Assembly (NCBI GenBank): GCA_009782475.1
Contig: WRIZ01000004.1
Coordinates: forward strand, 3,989-67,988
Source: Oscillospiraceae bacterium
GTDB lineage: Bacteria > Bacillota > Clostridia > Oscillospirales > UBA929
Direction: 5' to 3'
DNA: 64,000 nt
Part shown: piece by piece, positions 63,583-64,000 of the stretch
Numbering within the stretch: position 1 is the first letter of the stretch
Layout of the letters: each line of letters starts with the position of its first letter
The notes under the pieces: model-generated
Database searches by the model: none
Told to the model about the DNA's origin: nothing
What the model saw: only the letters and a program-made list of their open reading frames with translations
Translations under genes and position numbers: made by a program

Positions 63583-63612
63583 TTGACCCCATATCCGGTT
63601 TATCTGCAAAGC

Positions 63613-63640
63613 AAACGCCGCTCGGATTGAGCGGCGTTTG
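63613..63640. repeat. 28-bp hairpin (bidirectional terminator-like), right copy of the direct repeat
   Basis: AAACGCCGCTCGGATTGAGCGGCGTTTG, lying between convergent genes. Confidence 0.6.
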
Positions 63641-63679
63641 CATGCTTGTGGGTTGGTGAGTGGTAAGGATGAAACATTC

Positions 63680-64000
63680 CTATTCTGTGCTTTCGTCAAA
63701 CGGATTAACAAGCTCCAATCTGTTATCAATCGTTTGCCCATCACGCATATCTTCGGTAAACACCGTTTGACAACCACTCTCAAGTGCCGATGCAAGTATT
63801 AAGCTGTCATAATAAGAATAATGATACTGCTCTTTTAGTCTGAGAGCTTTTTGAATTGTATCATAACTCACGGTGCTGGTGTTACAACTACGATAAACAG
63901 CCTCGATGATCTGCGTTACCTCTTCAATTCTCATTTTCAACTTCTTAGTCATAACATTGCAGATTTCATTGAATACCTGTGTACTCACGCAGCAGTCATA
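63680..64000 (-). CDS. PIN-domain toxin (VapC-like), 5' end outside the window
   Basis: YDSLILASALESGCQTVFTEDMRDGQ is a PIN C-terminal motif. The frame is still open at base 64000 (..YDCCVSTQVFNE), so the N-terminal Asp region and any antitoxin lie beyond the window. Confidence 0.75.
   Translation of the reverse strand, partial: YDCCVSTQVFNEICNVMTKKLKMRIEEVTQIIEAVYRSCNTSTVSYDTIQKALRLKEQYHYSYYDSLILASALESGCQTVFTEDMRDGQTIDNRLELVNPFDESTE

Noticed and set aside
1-64000. CRISPR arrays, rRNA genes, IS elements, integrases and prophage structural genes.
   Set aside because: None were seen. The only repeats found are the 97-bp tandem duplication (3749-3940), the hairpin trains (10788-10912 and 11752-11869) and the 28-bp hairpin pair (61661 and 63613). 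No transposase-like or recombinase-like ORF is in the six-frame track.

Overview
This is a 64-kb chromosomal segment from a moderately GC-rich Firmicute. It looks Clostridia-like: rnfCDGEAB, a SpoIID-domain protein, a DnaD/DnaI-type helicase-loader pair, and a nusA-ylxR-ylxQ-infB-rbfA-nrnA-truB-ribF operon. This placement is inference from gene content only. Most of the window is housekeeping: glnA, rpsT, cheA-cheW, murA, asd-dapA-dapB, tRNA-Lys(UUU), tex, a heterodimeric ABC exporter, bactofilin, yggS, pdp, cdd and the Rnf complex. There is also a small aldouronate-type sugar module (GH67 alpha-glucuronidase plus an LplABC-type ABC importer) and a GH9 lipoprotein. Three patches look accessory. 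(1) 3.66-7.53 kb is an AT-rich block of small, uncharacterised, envelope-directed proteins; it contains a consensus promoter followed by a GC-rich leader of about 295 nt closed by a long-range helix. (2) 10.2-13.4 kb holds two XRE regulators, vapBC, a toxin-first relE-like pair, an orphan type IV pilin-like gene and two GC-rich hairpin trains. (3) 60.8-64.0 kb holds a methyltransferase, a 1.9-kb AT-rich three-gene cassette bracketed by 28-bp hairpin direct repeats, and a partial PIN gene. I saw no rRNA, CRISPR array, integrase or transposase. The candidates for something new are the structured leader at 6.1-6.4 kb, the fusion of a DUF898-like membrane domain to an ABC permease, the hairpin-bracketed cassette with a G5 frameshift junction, the hairpin trains around vapBC, and the uncharacterised radical-SAM/DUF4130 pair. 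All functional calls rest on motif recognition by eye, because no database search was possible.
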